Source of the DNA: Deferribacterales bacterium
GTDB lineage: Bacteria; Chrysiogenota; Deferribacteres; Deferribacterales; Geovibrionaceae
Length of the DNA: 64,000 nucleotides
Assembly (NCBI GenBank): GCA_050253075.1
Contig: JBFWJS010000001.1
Coordinates: 288,001 to 352,000, forward strand
Direction: 5' to 3'
The notes beneath the pieces were generated by a model. It had not been told where the DNA came from. It searched no databases and was given only the letters and a program-made list of their open reading frames with translations. The stretch's first letter is position 1. Every line of letters begins with the position of its first letter. Below are positions 18,613 through 29,829 of the stretch, piece by piece. A program made the position numbers and the translations under genes.

Positions 18613-20424
18613 ATGAAAACACAACTGGCAATGCTTATTACTTTATTATTAATGTTTTACTCTGGAGCTACCGCTCACGAAGCAGGCGATGACCCATACT
18701 TTCATATTAATAATAGTAACGAGCAGATAGCATATACAGAAGAAGAGAAGCAGTACATCATAAACAAAGGTATGCTGAATATGTGTACCGACCCCAACTG
18801 GATGCCCTATGAAGGCTTTGACGAACAGGGGGGATACATAGGTGTTGCTGCAGACTATCATAATATCATATCCCACCTTACAGGGCTGAAGTATAACGTA
18901 ATTCACACACAGTCATGGTCAGAAACAATAGAGCTGGCGAAAGCGGGCAAATGCGACCTCATGTCTATACTTAACAAAACTCCCGAAAGAGATGACTACC
19001 TCGATTTCACCGATTCTTATATAAAGTCTCCGTCTGTTTTTGTAACAAGAGATCAGGATAAATTTATCAACGGTGTAGACGACCTGAAAGGTCAGACACT
19101 GGCAATAGTAAAAGGCTATATGGTGGACGAGATCATCCGCAAAGACTACCCCGAAATAAACAGGATATACGCAAACAACATTCAGGAAGCACTTAAGATG
19201 GTTAGCAAAGGGCAGGCATTTGCCACGGTGGGTTCGCTCCTCGAGATGTCTTATAACATGCGCCAGATGGGGCTTTTAAACCTGAAGATAACAGGCGATG
19301 CGAAATTCGGCTTTGACCTGCGCATAGGCGTCCGCAAAGGGGACAAGGTTCTGCTCTCTGTGATAAACAAGGCTCTGGCTAAGATAGGCAAAGAGGACAG
19401 AAACGAGATACTGAACAAGTGGATATCCATTAAATACCAGAAAGGATACGACTATTCCCTGATAATGAAAGTCGTTGCAGGCTTTCTCATCCTTATAGCA
19501 TTTATCGGCGGAAAGACAATTCTGTCCGCTAAGTATAATAAGAAGCTCCTATCTCTGTATAACGAGCTCCTCGATGCTAAGAACGAGCTCCAGCGTGTTA
19601 ATAAAGACCTCGAAAGAAAGGTCGCAGACGAGACAAGCCGAAGGCTGGAAAACGAACGCCTCCTCATGCAGCAGTCAAAGCTCGCAGCCATGGGAGACAT
19701 GATAGGCGCCATCGCACACCAGTGGAGGCAGCCGCTGAACGCCGTAGGCATCATCATACAGGACCTCGAAGACGACTATGAGGCAGGCACGGCAACACTG
19801 GACTCCATAAAGCAGTCATCCTCAGAGGCCATGAATGTCATCATGCAGATGTCCCAGACCATCACGGATTTCAGCAACTTCTTCAAACCTGATAAAAGCT
19901 CAGAATGCTTTAAACTGTGCAAAGCTATAAACGATGTCGCAGGAATGATGCTCCCTCAGCTGAAAAGCCATAATATTAAACTGCACATGGTCTGCATGGA
20001 TAACGACCTTGACGGTAAGCTGAAGGAGAACGGCGACCCGTTCGACTGCTGCAGCAACTACTGCGTACACGGATATCCTAACGAGTTCAAACACGTCATA
20101 CTGAACCTGCTGAAAAATGCTATGGATGCCCTCGACCCAATGCAGAAACAGAATAAATATATCCATATAAACATCACGACAGATGCCGAAAACTATATCA
20201 CCATAGAGATAAAAGATAACGGCGGAGGCATAGAAGCCGAGCACATCGCCAGAATATTCGAGCCCTACTTCAGTACAAAGATGGAGGGCAAGGGCGTGGG
20301 CATAGGTCTGTATATGTCAAAGCAGATACTGGAAAATATGAACGGTAAGCTGTGGTTTGAAAACAAAGACGAAGGTGCGGCATTCTTTATAAAGCTGAAA
20401 CTGTGCGATCATCCGCAGGTATAG
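18613..20424 (+). CDS. sensor histidine kinase with periplasmic solute-binding (PBP2, BvgS-like) domain
   Basis: CTDPNWMPYE SBP domain, TM helix, IAHQWRQPLN H-box, LNLLKNAMDA, DNGGG, FEPYFSTK, GVGIGL; ATG 6 nt after TATAAT. Confidence 0.92.
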   Translation: MKTQLAMLITLLLMFYSGATAHEAGDDPYFHINNSNEQIAYTEEEKQYIINKGMLNMCTDPNWMPYEGFDEQGGYIGVAADYHNIISHLTGLKYNVIHTQSWSETIELAKAGKCDLMSILNKTPERDDYLDFTDSYIKSPSVFVTRDQDKFINGVDDLKGQTLAIVKGYMVDEIIRKDYPEINRIYANNIQEALKMVSKGQAFATVGSLLEMSYNMRQMGLLNLKITGDAKFGFDLRIGVRKGDKVLLSVINKALAKIGKEDRNEILNKWISIKYQKGYDYSLIMKVVAGFLILIAFIGGKTILSAKYNKKLLSLYNELLDAKNELQRVNKDLERKVADETSRRLENERLLMQQSKLAAMGDMIGAIAHQWRQPLNAVGIIIQDLEDDYEAGTATLDSIKQSSSEAMNVIMQMSQTITDFSNFFKPDKSSECFKLCKAINDVAGMMLPQLKSHNIKLHMVCMDNDLDGKLKENGDPFDCCSNYCVHGYPNEFKHVILNLLKNAMDALDPMQKQNKYIHINITTDAENYITIEIKDNGGGIEAEHIARIFEPYFSTKMEGKGVGIGLYMSKQILENMNGKLWFENKDEGAAFFIKLKLCDHPQV

Positions 20425-20427
20425 CAT

Positions 20428-20471
20428 AAAAAAGAAAAGCTCCTAAAGTCAGAACAACTGTTAGGAGCCTT
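20428..20471 (-). terminator. rho-independent terminator oriented for minus-strand transcription
   Basis: GCTCCTAA/TTAGGAGC stem; T-rich tail TTTTCTTTTTT on the minus strand, directly after the stop of ORF 20472-20675. Confidence 0.65.
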
Positions 20472-20675
20472 TCAAGATAACAATTCCGGATCTTCTAAAC
20501 CCATTGGACTATCTCCTGCTGCAGTTATCTTACTCTTGTCTTGAAACTTTTCTTCCTCTGCAGCTATAAACCTAATATTATCCCCAGAGCATTTTTTGCA
20601 ATAGTTTTTTTCATCCCCAAACGATATAATTTTATCGGAGGTATGCACATGCTGATGAAAATCGAGAGAGAACAT
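20472..20675 (-). pseudogene. small ORF or gene remnant with CxxC zinc-ribbon-like half
   Basis: YCKKCSGDNIRFI followed by an acidic tail; stop abuts a terminator; the only in-frame ATG upstream of the CxxC lies inside the aldolase gene. Confidence 0.35.
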
Positions 20676-21296
20676 CTGGTCAGATACGGCAAAAAGCTCG
20701 TGGAAGCAGGGCTGACAAGCGGGACAGGGGGCAACCTCAGCATCTGCGACAGGCAGAGCGGACAGATAGTCATCACACCATCTGGGATAGACTATTTCGA
20801 GACAACAGCGGAAGACATCGTCATCACAGATATGGAAGGCAACCCCATCGAAGGGGATAACAAACCCTCCAGCGAGCTGTCATTTCATCTGGCGATATAC
20901 CGCAAACGCCCCGACATCAGCGCCATAGTACACACACACTCCACATACGCCACCACTATAGCATGCCTCGGCATGGAGCTCCCCGCTGTGCATTATATGA
21001 TAGCCTTCAGCGGGGACAAAGTACCCCTCGCACCATATAAAACATTCGGCACGCCAGAGCTGGCAAAGTCCGTCGCAGATTCCATAGGCGATTACAACGC
21101 TGTCCTTCTGTCGAATCACGGTCTGGTCGCATGCGGAGACAGCATAGGCAAGGCATTCACAGCAGCAGAAGAGATAGAGTTCACCGCCCGCATCTATGTT
21201 CAGGCAAAGAGCATAGGCGAGCCCGTGGTATTACCAGACGAAGAGATGAAGATAGTTGTGGATAAGTTCAAAACCTACGGACAGAAGAAGCGTTGA
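20649..21296 (+). CDS. class II aldolase (L-fuculose-1-phosphate aldolase family)
   Basis: GTGGNLS, ITPSG, PSSELSFH, IVHTHS, LLSNHG; GGAGG SD before ATG 20649. Confidence 0.9.
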   Translation: MLMKIEREHLVRYGKKLVEAGLTSGTGGNLSICDRQSGQIVITPSGIDYFETTAEDIVITDMEGNPIEGDNKPSSELSFHLAIYRKRPDISAIVHTHSTYATTIACLGMELPAVHYMIAFSGDKVPLAPYKTFGTPELAKSVADSIGDYNAVLLSNHGLVACGDSIGKAFTAAEEIEFTARIYVQAKSIGEPVVLPDEEMKIVVDKFKTYGQKKR

Positions 21297-21349
21297 TTTA
21301 CAAACACGCCTTATTCATTTATACTCAATAAAAAATCAACGGACAGAAA

Positions 21350-22858
21350 ATGTTTTCAAAAGTTTTCAGCGCACACGTGAACGGCATTGAAGCAGAGCTG
21401 GTAGAGGTGGAGACAGACATCGCCTCTATGGGGCTTCCGTCATTCAGCATGGTCGGTCTCGCCGATGCGGCAGTGCGTGAGAGCCGAGACAGAGTCCGTT
21501 CCGCATTGAAAAATATCAATATAAATGTCTTCGCCAAGCCTATCACAATAAACCTCGCCCCTGCGGATTTCAAAAAGGACGGCACATATTTCGACCTGCC
21601 TGTTGCTGTCGGCCTCGCCATCTCGGGCGGATGCGCAGAGGGGAACACAGACGGGATAATCTTCGCAGGAGAACTCTCTCTCGACGGCAGACTGAGAGCA
21701 GTCAGCGGTATACTCCCCATTGCACTATGCGCAAAGGACAACGGATTCAAAAAAGTGATAGTGCCGAAGGACAATGCAGACGAAGCGGCGATAGTCTCAG
21801 GGGTGGACATTTACTCCGCAGAGACACTCAGCGAAGTGCTCGACCTCATCCAAAATCCTGATAAATACACCCCCCATAAAGTAGACACGAACGCTCTGTT
21901 CAGCAGAAACAGATTTTATAAAGAAGACTTCGCCGAAGTGAAAGGGCAGATGGTGGCACGCAGATGCGCAGAGATAGCCGCAGCAGGCATGCACAACCTC
22001 TTCATGATAGGCTCGCCCGGCAGCGGAAAGACAATGATAGCCCGCAGACTGCCGAGCATCCTCCCCGACATGACCCTAGACGAAGCCATCGAAACCACAA
22101 AGATACACTCTGTCGCAGGGCTCGTGCGCTCTGCATCAGACCTGAAAAGTACACGCCCATTCTTTGCCCCGCACCACACCAGCAGTAATGTCGCCCTCAT
22201 AGGAGGCACTTCAAAAGCTGTCCCCGGTCAGGTGAGTCTGGCGACGAACGGCATACTCTTCCTCGACGAATTCCTCGAGTTTAACCGAAGCGTGCTCGAG
22301 ACACTGCGCCAGCCTTTGGAGGACGGCGAAGTTACCATAGCCAGAGCATCCCGCACGGTATCATATCCGGCGAAGTTTATGCTGGCAGCAGCGGCAAACC
22401 CGTGCCCATGCGGATATCTCGGGGATAAACAGAGGGAATGCACATGCTCTCAGGGCCAGATACAGAAATACCGCTCACGCCTGTCAGGACCGCTGATGGA
22501 CAGGATAGACCTGCATGTGGAGGTCCGCTCCGTGGAGATAAAGCAGCTGGCTGATTTGTCAGACGGAGAATCATCCGAAGCGATAAAGGCTCGGGTGGCA
22601 AAGGCTCACGCCATACAGATGAAGCGTGCAGGAGTTTTCAACAGCAGGCTTAGTGAAAAAGAGCTGAAAAAATACTGCAAGCTCGATGCTCAGGGGCAGA
22701 AGATAATCGAAACGGCAGCTTCAAAATATGCCCTCTCCGCCCGTGCATACGCAAAGATACTTAAGACATCACGCACCATAGCAGACCTCGAAGGTTCTGC
22801 GGATATACAGGCAAAGCATATCCTCGAATCCCTTCAGTACCGACTTCTCACTGATTAA
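21350..22858 (+). CDS. comM: YifB/ComM family Mg-chelatase-like AAA+ ATPase
   Basis: [50 protein letters not shown]. Confidence 0.93.
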   Translation: MFSKVFSAHVNGIEAELVEVETDIASMGLPSFSMVGLADAAVRESRDRVRSALKNININVFAKPITINLAPADFKKDGTYFDLPVAVGLAISGGCAEGNTDGIIFAGELSLDGRLRAVSGILPIALCAKDNGFKKVIVPKDNADEAAIVSGVDIYSAETLSEVLDLIQNPDKYTPHKVDTNALFSRNRFYKEDFAEVKGQMVARRCAEIAAAGMHNLFMIGSPGSGKTMIARRLPSILPDMTLDEAIETTKIHSVAGLVRSASDLKSTRPFFAPHHTSSNVALIGGTSKAVPGQVSLATNGILFLDEFLEFNRSVLETLRQPLEDGEVTIARASRTVSYPAKFMLAAAANPCPCGYLGDKQRECTCSQGQIQKYRSRLSGPLMDRIDLHVEVRSVEIKQLADLSDGESSEAIKARVAKAHAIQMKRAGVFNSRLSEKELKKYCKLDAQGQKIIETAASKYALSARAYAKILKTSRTIADLEGSADIQAKHILESLQYRLLTD

Positions 22859-25215
22859 TACTCCGAAGGATCCGCCAAGCGTCTATAGACCATTCCATAA
22901 AGCATCTCAAGGTATCTCGCAGTTTCCTCACGCTCAAGGTTTGTTACAAATTTCCAAAATCCGTAAACACGTGCAAATGTCATGAGCTTTTTCGCATATA
23001 ATGCCCAGTTGTAGCGCTCTGCCACACGTTCAAGGGATTTGTCCGATATCTTATCCCATACCTTGCTGTCCTTTTGATAAGCATGGATGAACTCCAGCAG
23101 TTTAGCAGAGCATTCCTCACCCTTATTCGGGTCGATAGTGAAGCCTGATACACCGTCTTCTATTATCTCCGAAGGACCTCCGTATACAGTAGCAAAAACA
23201 GGCAGTCCCGAGCTCATCGCCTCGATGATGGTAAGACCGAATGCCTCGAAGAGTGCCGGCTGTACGAAAACACCTTTTTTATCTGCGATATATCTGTAGA
23301 ACTCGCCTGTGACACGTTTACCCAGATGAGCACCGACCCATCTAACAGAGTTATCAAGCCCCAGTTCGTTAAATATACCGTGCATAATGCGTATCTGTTC
23401 ACGCTCCTCATCGTCACTGCTGAGTAACTCGTCTACGAATCCGCCTATCACCACCAGATTTGCCGTCTTGCGCAGTTCTTCATTCTCGCCAAACCAGCGT
23501 ACCAGCCCTGTCAGATTCTTTATCTTATCCAGCCGCGCCATAGTGAATATTATCGCCTTATCCTTATCCGAAAGGTTTCCCCTGCTTCCTTTCAGATTCT
23601 CTTCAAAGAGCACCTGCTCTATCTCTTCCGTGTGTTCTGTGAACCTCTCCTCGCTCTTATAGCTGAAGAAGATGTCCGGAGCGGCTCCCGGCGACACCAC
23701 ATTAAACTTCGGATCGAATATATCTATGCCGTTCACCACACGGTACAGGTTCGGCAGGGTGTAGTTCATATAACTTTCATACTGCCCCACGCTGTCGTGT
23801 GTGCCTGCTATCTCCTGATATGTTGACGTAATTATAAAATCTGAATAATTCATGCTTATAAGGTCAGCAGTATACTGACATGCGAAGTGGTATTTATCGT
23901 TATTATCCTGCCAGTACAGGTCGGAATAAAGGTACTTTGTCTTTTCCAATGCGTGGGCTATGGTACACTGTGTCACACCCAGCCTCTGGGACATCAGCGA
24001 TGCCACTATATTGCCGTCGGAATAGTTGCCTATTATCAGGTCCGGTCTGCTCTGCAGCCTGGAAAGAACGGTCTGCTCTGCCTCGTATGAAAACCGCTCA
24101 AGGTATGGCCAGATACGAAAACGGGATATCCACTGCCGTACGACTTCGCCGTTTTCATCTCTGAAAGGCACACGCACAATATAACAGTTTTCAGTGCCCC
24201 GTATGAGCTCCTCTTCCTGATCACAAGTGGTTCCTTCAGCATCGGGGATGAGCCTTGTCACCACCAGTATCTTAGGTGTGATGTCTAAGCCCTTCTCGCT
24301 CAGTCTGCTCTTCAGCTCGTGTTCCATCGCCTTCACCTGATCAAGGATATAAACAACCTGCCCGCCGGTGTCAGGCTTCCCAAAGACGCCCGCCTGACCG
24401 AAAAAGCCGTGCGGAGAGAGAACAACCAGAGAAAATATCATAGGTATCCTGTCGAGAAATTTTTCCAGAACAGCCGGATCAGGTGCAGAGAGCACATCTG
24501 AAAGCAGGCTTATGAATTCCTTCACATAGCATAACTTTTTACCCCAGCCGGGCTCGAAACCAAGCTGTGTCATCTCAGCCTCTACACTGCTCCATTCCTC
24601 ATCGTCATTTCGGTTTTTAAGGAGTGCCTGCGCTTTTTTTATGGCTTTTTTCAACTTTTCCACACTATCTATTCTGCTGTTCAGCATAAGCTGGCGTTCA
24701 TCGTATTTATGCACACGTAGAAAATCAAGAAGCTGCTTCTGTCCTTTTTCAGGATTCATAAATATACGGCTGGACTGATGTCTGTTAAGGAATTCCACAC
24801 CTTTGCCTATGAACTCTGCTCCCGACGGTTTGGGGAAATCTCTGTTGAAAGGCTTCAGATCCACAGAGGGTATCCACCCCGCAGTGTCTCCGAGGACGGT
24901 CTTTTCCTTCACAGCCAGATATTCTGTGGCCGTTACCTCCGCATAGTCCAGAGTGTCGGTATAGATAGTCACATACACCCACTCACCTATGGACACACGT
25001 GTAGCAAAATATATCTGACCATGTGTCTTCACAGCCTCCTGTAAAGACTCTATAAAGTCTGGCAGGACTGCAGTTTCATACATTTCATGCAGCTCTGTCT
25101 GCAAAAAGAGCTGTTTGTCCGTATCCTCTATCTTTTTCAGAAAAGGGCAGAAATCAGCCTTATTATCTGCCAGCACGGCATCCAGTCCTTCAAGTTCTCT
25201 ATTTGATAAATTCAT
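22855..25215 (-). CDS. susA: sucrose synthase (GT4)
   Basis: [77 protein letters not shown]. Confidence 0.97.
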   Translation of the reverse strand: MNLSNRELEGLDAVLADNKADFCPFLKKIEDTDKQLFLQTELHEMYETAVLPDFIESLQEAVKTHGQIYFATRVSIGEWVYVTIYTDTLDYAEVTATEYLAVKEKTVLGDTAGWIPSVDLKPFNRDFPKPSGAEFIGKGVEFLNRHQSSRIFMNPEKGQKQLLDFLRVHKYDERQLMLNSRIDSVEKLKKAIKKAQALLKNRNDDEEWSSVEAEMTQLGFEPGWGKKLCYVKEFISLLSDVLSAPDPAVLEKFLDRIPMIFSLVVLSPHGFFGQAGVFGKPDTGGQVVYILDQVKAMEHELKSRLSEKGLDITPKILVVTRLIPDAEGTTCDQEEELIRGTENCYIVRVPFRDENGEVVRQWISRFRIWPYLERFSYEAEQTVLSRLQSRPDLIIGNYSDGNIVASLMSQRLGVTQCTIAHALEKTKYLYSDLYWQDNNDKYHFACQYTADLISMNYSDFIITSTYQEIAGTHDSVGQYESYMNYTLPNLYRVVNGIDIFDPKFNVVSPGAAPDIFFSYKSEERFTEHTEEIEQVLFEENLKGSRGNLSDKDKAIIFTMARLDKIKNLTGLVRWFGENEELRKTANLVVIGGFVDELLSSDDEEREQIRIMHGIFNELGLDNSVRWVGAHLGKRVTGEFYRYIADKKGVFVQPALFEAFGLTIIEAMSSGLPVFATVYGGPSEIIEDGVSGFTIDPNKGEECSAKLLEFIHAYQKDSKVWDKISDKSLERVAERYNWALYAKKLMTFARVYGFWKFVTNLEREETARYLEMLYGMVYRRLADPSEY

Positions 25216-27325
25216 AGTATTCCACCCCGTCTAATATTCCGTCTGCATATTCCTTTTCGCTGAAATATACATTTTCACGATCTCTCAGTTTTTCCAGTTC
25301 TTCGCTATAGTTTCCGACTGCCACACCGGATATAGCTCCGTTCAACATGTCTATGTCGTTACCCGAATCTCCCGCCACAAGTATATTTTCAAAAGGTATG
25401 TCCCATCTGAAAGCGACAGCCTTCACCGCTGTCCCCTTTGAGGCTCTGACGGGGAGTATGTCCAGATACTGATTGTGGGATATGATTATCTTCGCCTTTA
25501 TGTCCGCATCCTGGAAAATGCGTGTGAGTTTCTTTGTTCCCATGAACTTCTTCTCATCGTAAAAGTACGAAACCTTATACTCACGCATCTCCGATGACGG
25601 CTGAGGCATCACACCGACTATGTCTTTCATCAGTTTCTTTATCTCATTCGGCTTCCAGTCTGCGCCGATATGCTCTGACCACAGGCTGTCCCGTTTAAGT
25701 TCACCTGTGTAGTATATCTCGCTGCCTACGGATGTGATAAATATGTCCGGGGTCGGCACCCCCTCTTCCTGCAGTACTTTTTTAGCACTGTTGATATTTC
25801 GCCCTGTGGCCACACAAAAGACAAACTTCCCGTGGTTTTCTTCATAGAATGCTTTAAACTTTTTTAGTGCCTGTGCGCTTCCCAGCAGAGTGTTGTCTAT
25901 ATCTGTAACCAGCATGCGGTTCACTCCCGCTATTCTATTAACGCTTTTCATCGTATAGTACCCTTTCACGTCCTTATTCTTTATCTTCTCCACCAGTTTT
26001 ACGTATTTATCCACGTGTCCTTTCCATGTGTAGAATTTATTAATATTTGCACTGCCAGCCGTTGCCCACTGTCTGTTCAGTTTTGTATCTGAGACGGCTT
26101 TGAGCAGAGCTTCCCCCATCTCAGAGGCATCTGTGGGTGACACCAGCAATCCGTTCTTGCAGTTTTTTATTATCTCTGTCGGCCCGCCGTCGTTTGTCGC
26201 CACCACAGGCAGTCCAGACGCAGTCGCCTCCAGTATTGTCAGCCCGAAAGGCTCTATCAGGGCAGGGTTTACAAAAACCCCTTTCATCTTCTGCGCCAGC
26301 TGATAAAACTCCACCACCTGATCAGAGTGATGTGTCTTCGGATATGCGACCTTGCCGTAAAGGTCGTATTTATCCACCTTTATAAGCAGATCGGTGAGAA
26401 CCTTCCTCGCTCCCGAAGGCATTGAAGCTATATCTTCCCTATTCCCTGCCACCACTAACAGGTTCGCCGCATCCTGAAGCTTCTTATTCTGACCGTAGGC
26501 ATCCAGAAGCGTGGTAATGTTCTTTTTATCGTCTGCTCTGGAGAGGGCTAATATGAGCGGTTTTTCAGGCTGTTTTAAAAAGCGCATTACCTTCTCATAC
26601 ACACTGAGCTTCTTTACATTCCCCTTATATTTAAAGAACTTGTCCAGATACACTCCGGGCGGCATAACATGTATCTTCTTCGGACGATAGTTCTGATAGT
26701 CTGCATACTGCTTCTTTGCCTCGTGGCTCGTACTGGTGACAACCGCCTTTGCAAAACGGAGTGCTGTCTCTTCCGCTTTTATCCTGCGGGTGATGTTATA
26801 CAGCTTTTCCGCCTCTTCATATGTCATCCCCTTTTCAAGAAGGGTACGTATCTTATCTTTGCCCAGTGAATGCCCTGTGAATATCAACGGCACACCGATA
26901 TAATGTGAAAGCTGTGCGCCGACATATCCTGCATCTGCATAATGAGCGTGGATGATATCAGGGACACGTCCCACCTTTTTTATGTGACGCAGGATGTTCT
27001 CCACCAGTGTATCAAGATACGTCCACAGCCTCTCTTTCTTAAGATATCTGTTCGGACCGAAATGCAGGCGGGAAACTATCCCTCCGTTGTCGGTGATTTC
27101 TTCAGATTCTGAATAGTCTGAGCTTACTTTTTTGTCGTATATCTTTCGTGTAATGAGCTCTGCACGCTCTACATTCTGATGCAGAGCCAGATTATCCAGC
27201 AGCTCCAGAACATACTTCACCTGACCACCCGTGTCGGAGTCTCTGCCCAGCTCCGGCTCGTTCCATCTGATCAGACCGTGTACGCTGATCAGCATCACAT
27301 AGAGTCCTTTATTTGAAGACGGCAT
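25199..27325 (-). CDS. spsA: sucrose-phosphate synthase fused to HAD phosphatase (SPP) domain
   Basis: ISVHGLIR...[37 protein letters not shown]-terminal DIDNTL and AGDSGND HAD motifs. Confidence 0.96.
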   Translation of the reverse strand: MPSSNKGLYVMLISVHGLIRWNEPELGRDSDTGGQVKYVLELLDNLALHQNVERAELITRKIYDKKVSSDYSESEEITDNGGIVSRLHFGPNRYLKKERLWTYLDTLVENILRHIKKVGRVPDIIHAHYADAGYVGAQLSHYIGVPLIFTGHSLGKDKIRTLLEKGMTYEEAEKLYNITRRIKAEETALRFAKAVVTSTSHEAKKQYADYQNYRPKKIHVMPPGVYLDKFFKYKGNVKKLSVYEKVMRFLKQPEKPLILALSRADDKKNITTLLDAYGQNKKLQDAANLLVVAGNREDIASMPSGARKVLTDLLIKVDKYDLYGKVAYPKTHHSDQVVEFYQLAQKMKGVFVNPALIEPFGLTILEATASGLPVVATNDGGPTEIIKNCKNGLLVSPTDASEMGEALLKAVSDTKLNRQWATAGSANINKFYTWKGHVDKYVKLVEKIKNKDVKGYYTMKSVNRIAGVNRMLVTDIDNTLLGSAQALKKFKAFYEENHGKFVFCVATGRNINSAKKVLQEEGVPTPDIFITSVGSEIYYTGELKRDSLWSEHIGADWKPNEIKKLMKDIVGVMPQPSSEMREYKVSYFYDEKKFMGTKKLTRIFQDADIKAKIIISHNQYLDILPVRASKGTAVKAVAFRWDIPFENILVAGDSGNDIDMLNGAISGVAVGNYSEELEKLRDRENVYFSEKEYADGILDGVEYYEFIK

Positions 27326-28196
27326 CTATCTCCTCCTTTATATCTATATAAAATTTCTTATCTTTAGTCAGTGCACCCTGAATTGAGCATATCTTTGCAG
27401 CATACATGGAGGCCATATTCAGCGACTGTTCCCTGTCTGCTCCGTTTATAAGTCCTTTTATGATCACAGAACTAAAGGCATCCCCCGCTCCAACGGTATC
27501 GTGCATATCCTCCACGATAAATCTGCGGCTTGCTGTTACTCTGCTTCCGTCTGAGAAAAGAGCACCGTCCGCTCCGCATGTCACATATACTTCTGCGATA
27601 CCGTATTTATCTATGAGATACCTGCATTTTTCAGCCGTCCCCCCTGAGCATTCCGCTGTAAGCAGGTTCAGTTCGTCCAGATTCAGCTTTATGCAGTTGG
27701 CGTAATGCGCCAGCTCACTAACCAGATCATGTGTCCAGTTTCCGCTGCGCAGATTTACGTCGTAAAATGTCTTTATGTTCTTACTGTTCAGGATATTGAG
27801 AAGTGTTTTCTTTGATTCCGTCTCTCTGGCTGCTAATGTGCCGTAATATATGAATGCACCGGAGGTATCGGCATCACATGTGATGCGGTCGTATGCTGCA
27901 TGCCTGCGGATATCGTATTCAGGCTCGCCGTTTGTGAGCTTTACTATAACCCTTCCGGTATCATAACTGCTGTCTGTCTTAACAAGGCTTGTGCTCATTC
28001 CGCTCTTATTCATAAAAGCGAGTATTTCTGCACCTAAGCCGTCTGTCCCCACTCTGGAAATTAACTGCGGGTTAAGCCCCTGCATTTTCAGATTATAAGC
28101 AACATTAAAAGGAGCTCCGCCGAGCTTCTTCTCACCGCCGAAAATATCAAAAAGGACCTCGCCGAAGACGAATAATTTAATACTTGCATAATTCAT
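27309..28196 (-). CDS. PfkB family carbohydrate kinase (probable fructokinase)
   Basis: FGEVLFD, GGAPFNVA, YDVNLR, DTVGAGDAF; first gene of the sucrose cluster. Confidence 0.92.
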   Translation of the reverse strand: MNYASIKLFVFGEVLFDIFGGEKKLGGAPFNVAYNLKMQGLNPQLISRVGTDGLGAEILAFMNKSGMSTSLVKTDSSYDTGRVIVKLTNGEPEYDIRRHAAYDRITCDADTSGAFIYYGTLAARETESKKTLLNILNSKNIKTFYDVNLRSGNWTHDLVSELAHYANCIKLNLDELNLLTAECSGGTAEKCRYLIDKYGIAEVYVTCGADGALFSDGSRVTASRRFIVEDMHDTVGAGDAFSSVIIKGLINGADREQSLNMASMYAAKICSIQGALTKDKKFYIDIKEEIDAVFK

Positions 28197-28237
28197 ACAT
28201 GAAATATAACACAAAGATGAGAAAATTTCCAGTATAG

Positions 28238-29389
28238 CTAGATAAACCTTGATAGCATGCTGTTTACAAAGCTGTTCAGATTTTCCTGTGTGACACCGTG
28301 AGATTTGACAAGTTTCTCAGCTTCGAGCCTTGACTGAGGCTGATCCATATCCGAAAGAGACCTCAGAACGAGGGCTCTGCGCCCGACTATATATATAAGC
28401 TGCTCTTCATCTGTCATAGACATGAATCTATTAAGCACACCGAGCATATCGTCCTTCTTTTCAGGCAGGTTTCCGTCTATCTCCTCGAACAGATTCAGGA
28501 TGTGGTCGCTCTTTATCCTGCTGCTGCAGTTCAGGGATTCGATGAAAATTTTAAGCTCTTCTGCCGTCTGCACGTCTGTGGCACGGGTGAACTCCCCTGC
28601 TTTTGACAGCTCGTCCATCTCGGAATCTTCGAGTACGGCAAGGGTGCGTATGCGGATGAAGTCGGGATTTACAGCATTGAAGACTTCTGCCGTCTCGACA
28701 GCATTTTCACGCAGATACTTCACACCGCCGAGCCCCGGCATATAGTATACCGACAGCTCTATCCCCGCGTCCTTCACCTTTTTCCCTGCGTTTATATGCC
28801 CTTGCTTGTCCACGCCCTTTTTCACCATCTCCAGCACGGCATCTGAGCCTGATTCCACCCCTATGTGTATCCTGTCCAGACCGGCGTTTTTCAGCATTTT
28901 CAGCTTTGAGCCGTCCATAGCGGCTAAGGTGTGGCTGCGCCCGTATGATGTGATGCGCTTTATCTGCGGGAACTTACTGCGGAGATACTCTATCACCTCG
29001 CACAGCTCGTCTGTTTTCATCAGGAGGGTATTGGCATCCTGCAGAAAGGCTGATTCGCCGCCGCCCGAAATCCAGTTCTGCGCCATGAAGAGCGCCATGC
29101 GGTCATTCTTCCCCAGATCGGCATCTAGAAACCTTAGCGCAGAGAGCAGCGACCCCGTCTCCACCATATTATCAGCCAGAAGCTCGGCGAAATACGCCAC
29201 TCTGTCGATGTCTTCCTTTATGTGCGACACAGGACGTATGGAGAACTTCTCCCCTTTATACAGCATGCAGAACCTGCATTTGTTCCAGGGACAGTTCCTT
29301 GTGACACGCAGCATAAGGCTCCCCGATTCGCTTGGCGGACGTATGGGCCCTGCTTCAAAACCTGTGTATTCCTGTTCTTTCAGTCTCAT
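28238..29389 (-). CDS. radical SAM protein of unknown function
   Basis: GPIRPPSE, CPWNKCRFC (CX3CX2C), GVESGSD. Confidence 0.92.
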   Translation of the reverse strand: MRLKEQEYTGFEAGPIRPPSESGSLMLRVTRNCPWNKCRFCMLYKGEKFSIRPVSHIKEDIDRVAYFAELLADNMVETGSLLSALRFLDADLGKNDRMALFMAQNWISGGGESAFLQDANTLLMKTDELCEVIEYLRSKFPQIKRITSYGRSHTLAAMDGSKLKMLKNAGLDRIHIGVESGSDAVLEMVKKGVDKQGHINAGKKVKDAGIELSVYYMPGLGGVKYLRENAVETAEVFNAVNPDFIRIRTLAVLEDSEMDELSKAGEFTRATDVQTAEELKIFIESLNCSSRIKSDHILNLFEEIDGNLPEKKDDMLGVLNRFMSMTDEEQLIYIVGRRALVLRSLSDMDQPQSRLEAEKLVKSHGVTQENLNSFVNSMLSRFI

Positions 29390-29829
29390 CCTTTATATTT
29401 GGGATATTTCATGGAAATCTTCAATACTTTTATACCCTTTTCACCTTATTATCACATTTGAAAGTGGTGAAATCATATCAAATCCGTCTGAATCATTGAA
29501 TATCCCGATAGGTTTTCACTTTAGCCAGAGTGTAACTAAAACCAAACTTTTATATAAATAATGAATAATTGATAAAAATAACAAAAATAATTTTTTCAAC
29601 ATTTCGACAACTCTCAACGCCTTTTTATATTTTAAGTGCCTAGTAAAATTAGAATATATTTTAGAACTATTGTTCTATAAAACCACACCCATAAAACCTT
29701 TAAAATTTATAATAAAACAGCGTATCTAAACACTTGTTTTGTCATTGCACTGCCCAGTTTTGTTTTGTATCATTATTACTAATAGAAACACCATCTAGGC
29801 AAAAGCATCAGCTTTTCACGGAGGACGGC

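Noticed and set aside
20541..20648. 36-aa N-terminal extension of the aldolase
   Set aside because: TTG start without SD in AT-rich DNA; GGAGG precedes ATG 20649
21350..22858. comM as an integration site for the sucrose cluster or another mobile element
   Set aside because: comM is intact at 502 aa, and I saw no integrase, att-like direct repeats or transposase
28806..29561. 251-aa plus-strand ORF
   Set aside because: Antisense to the radical SAM gene, with Ser-rich shadow composition
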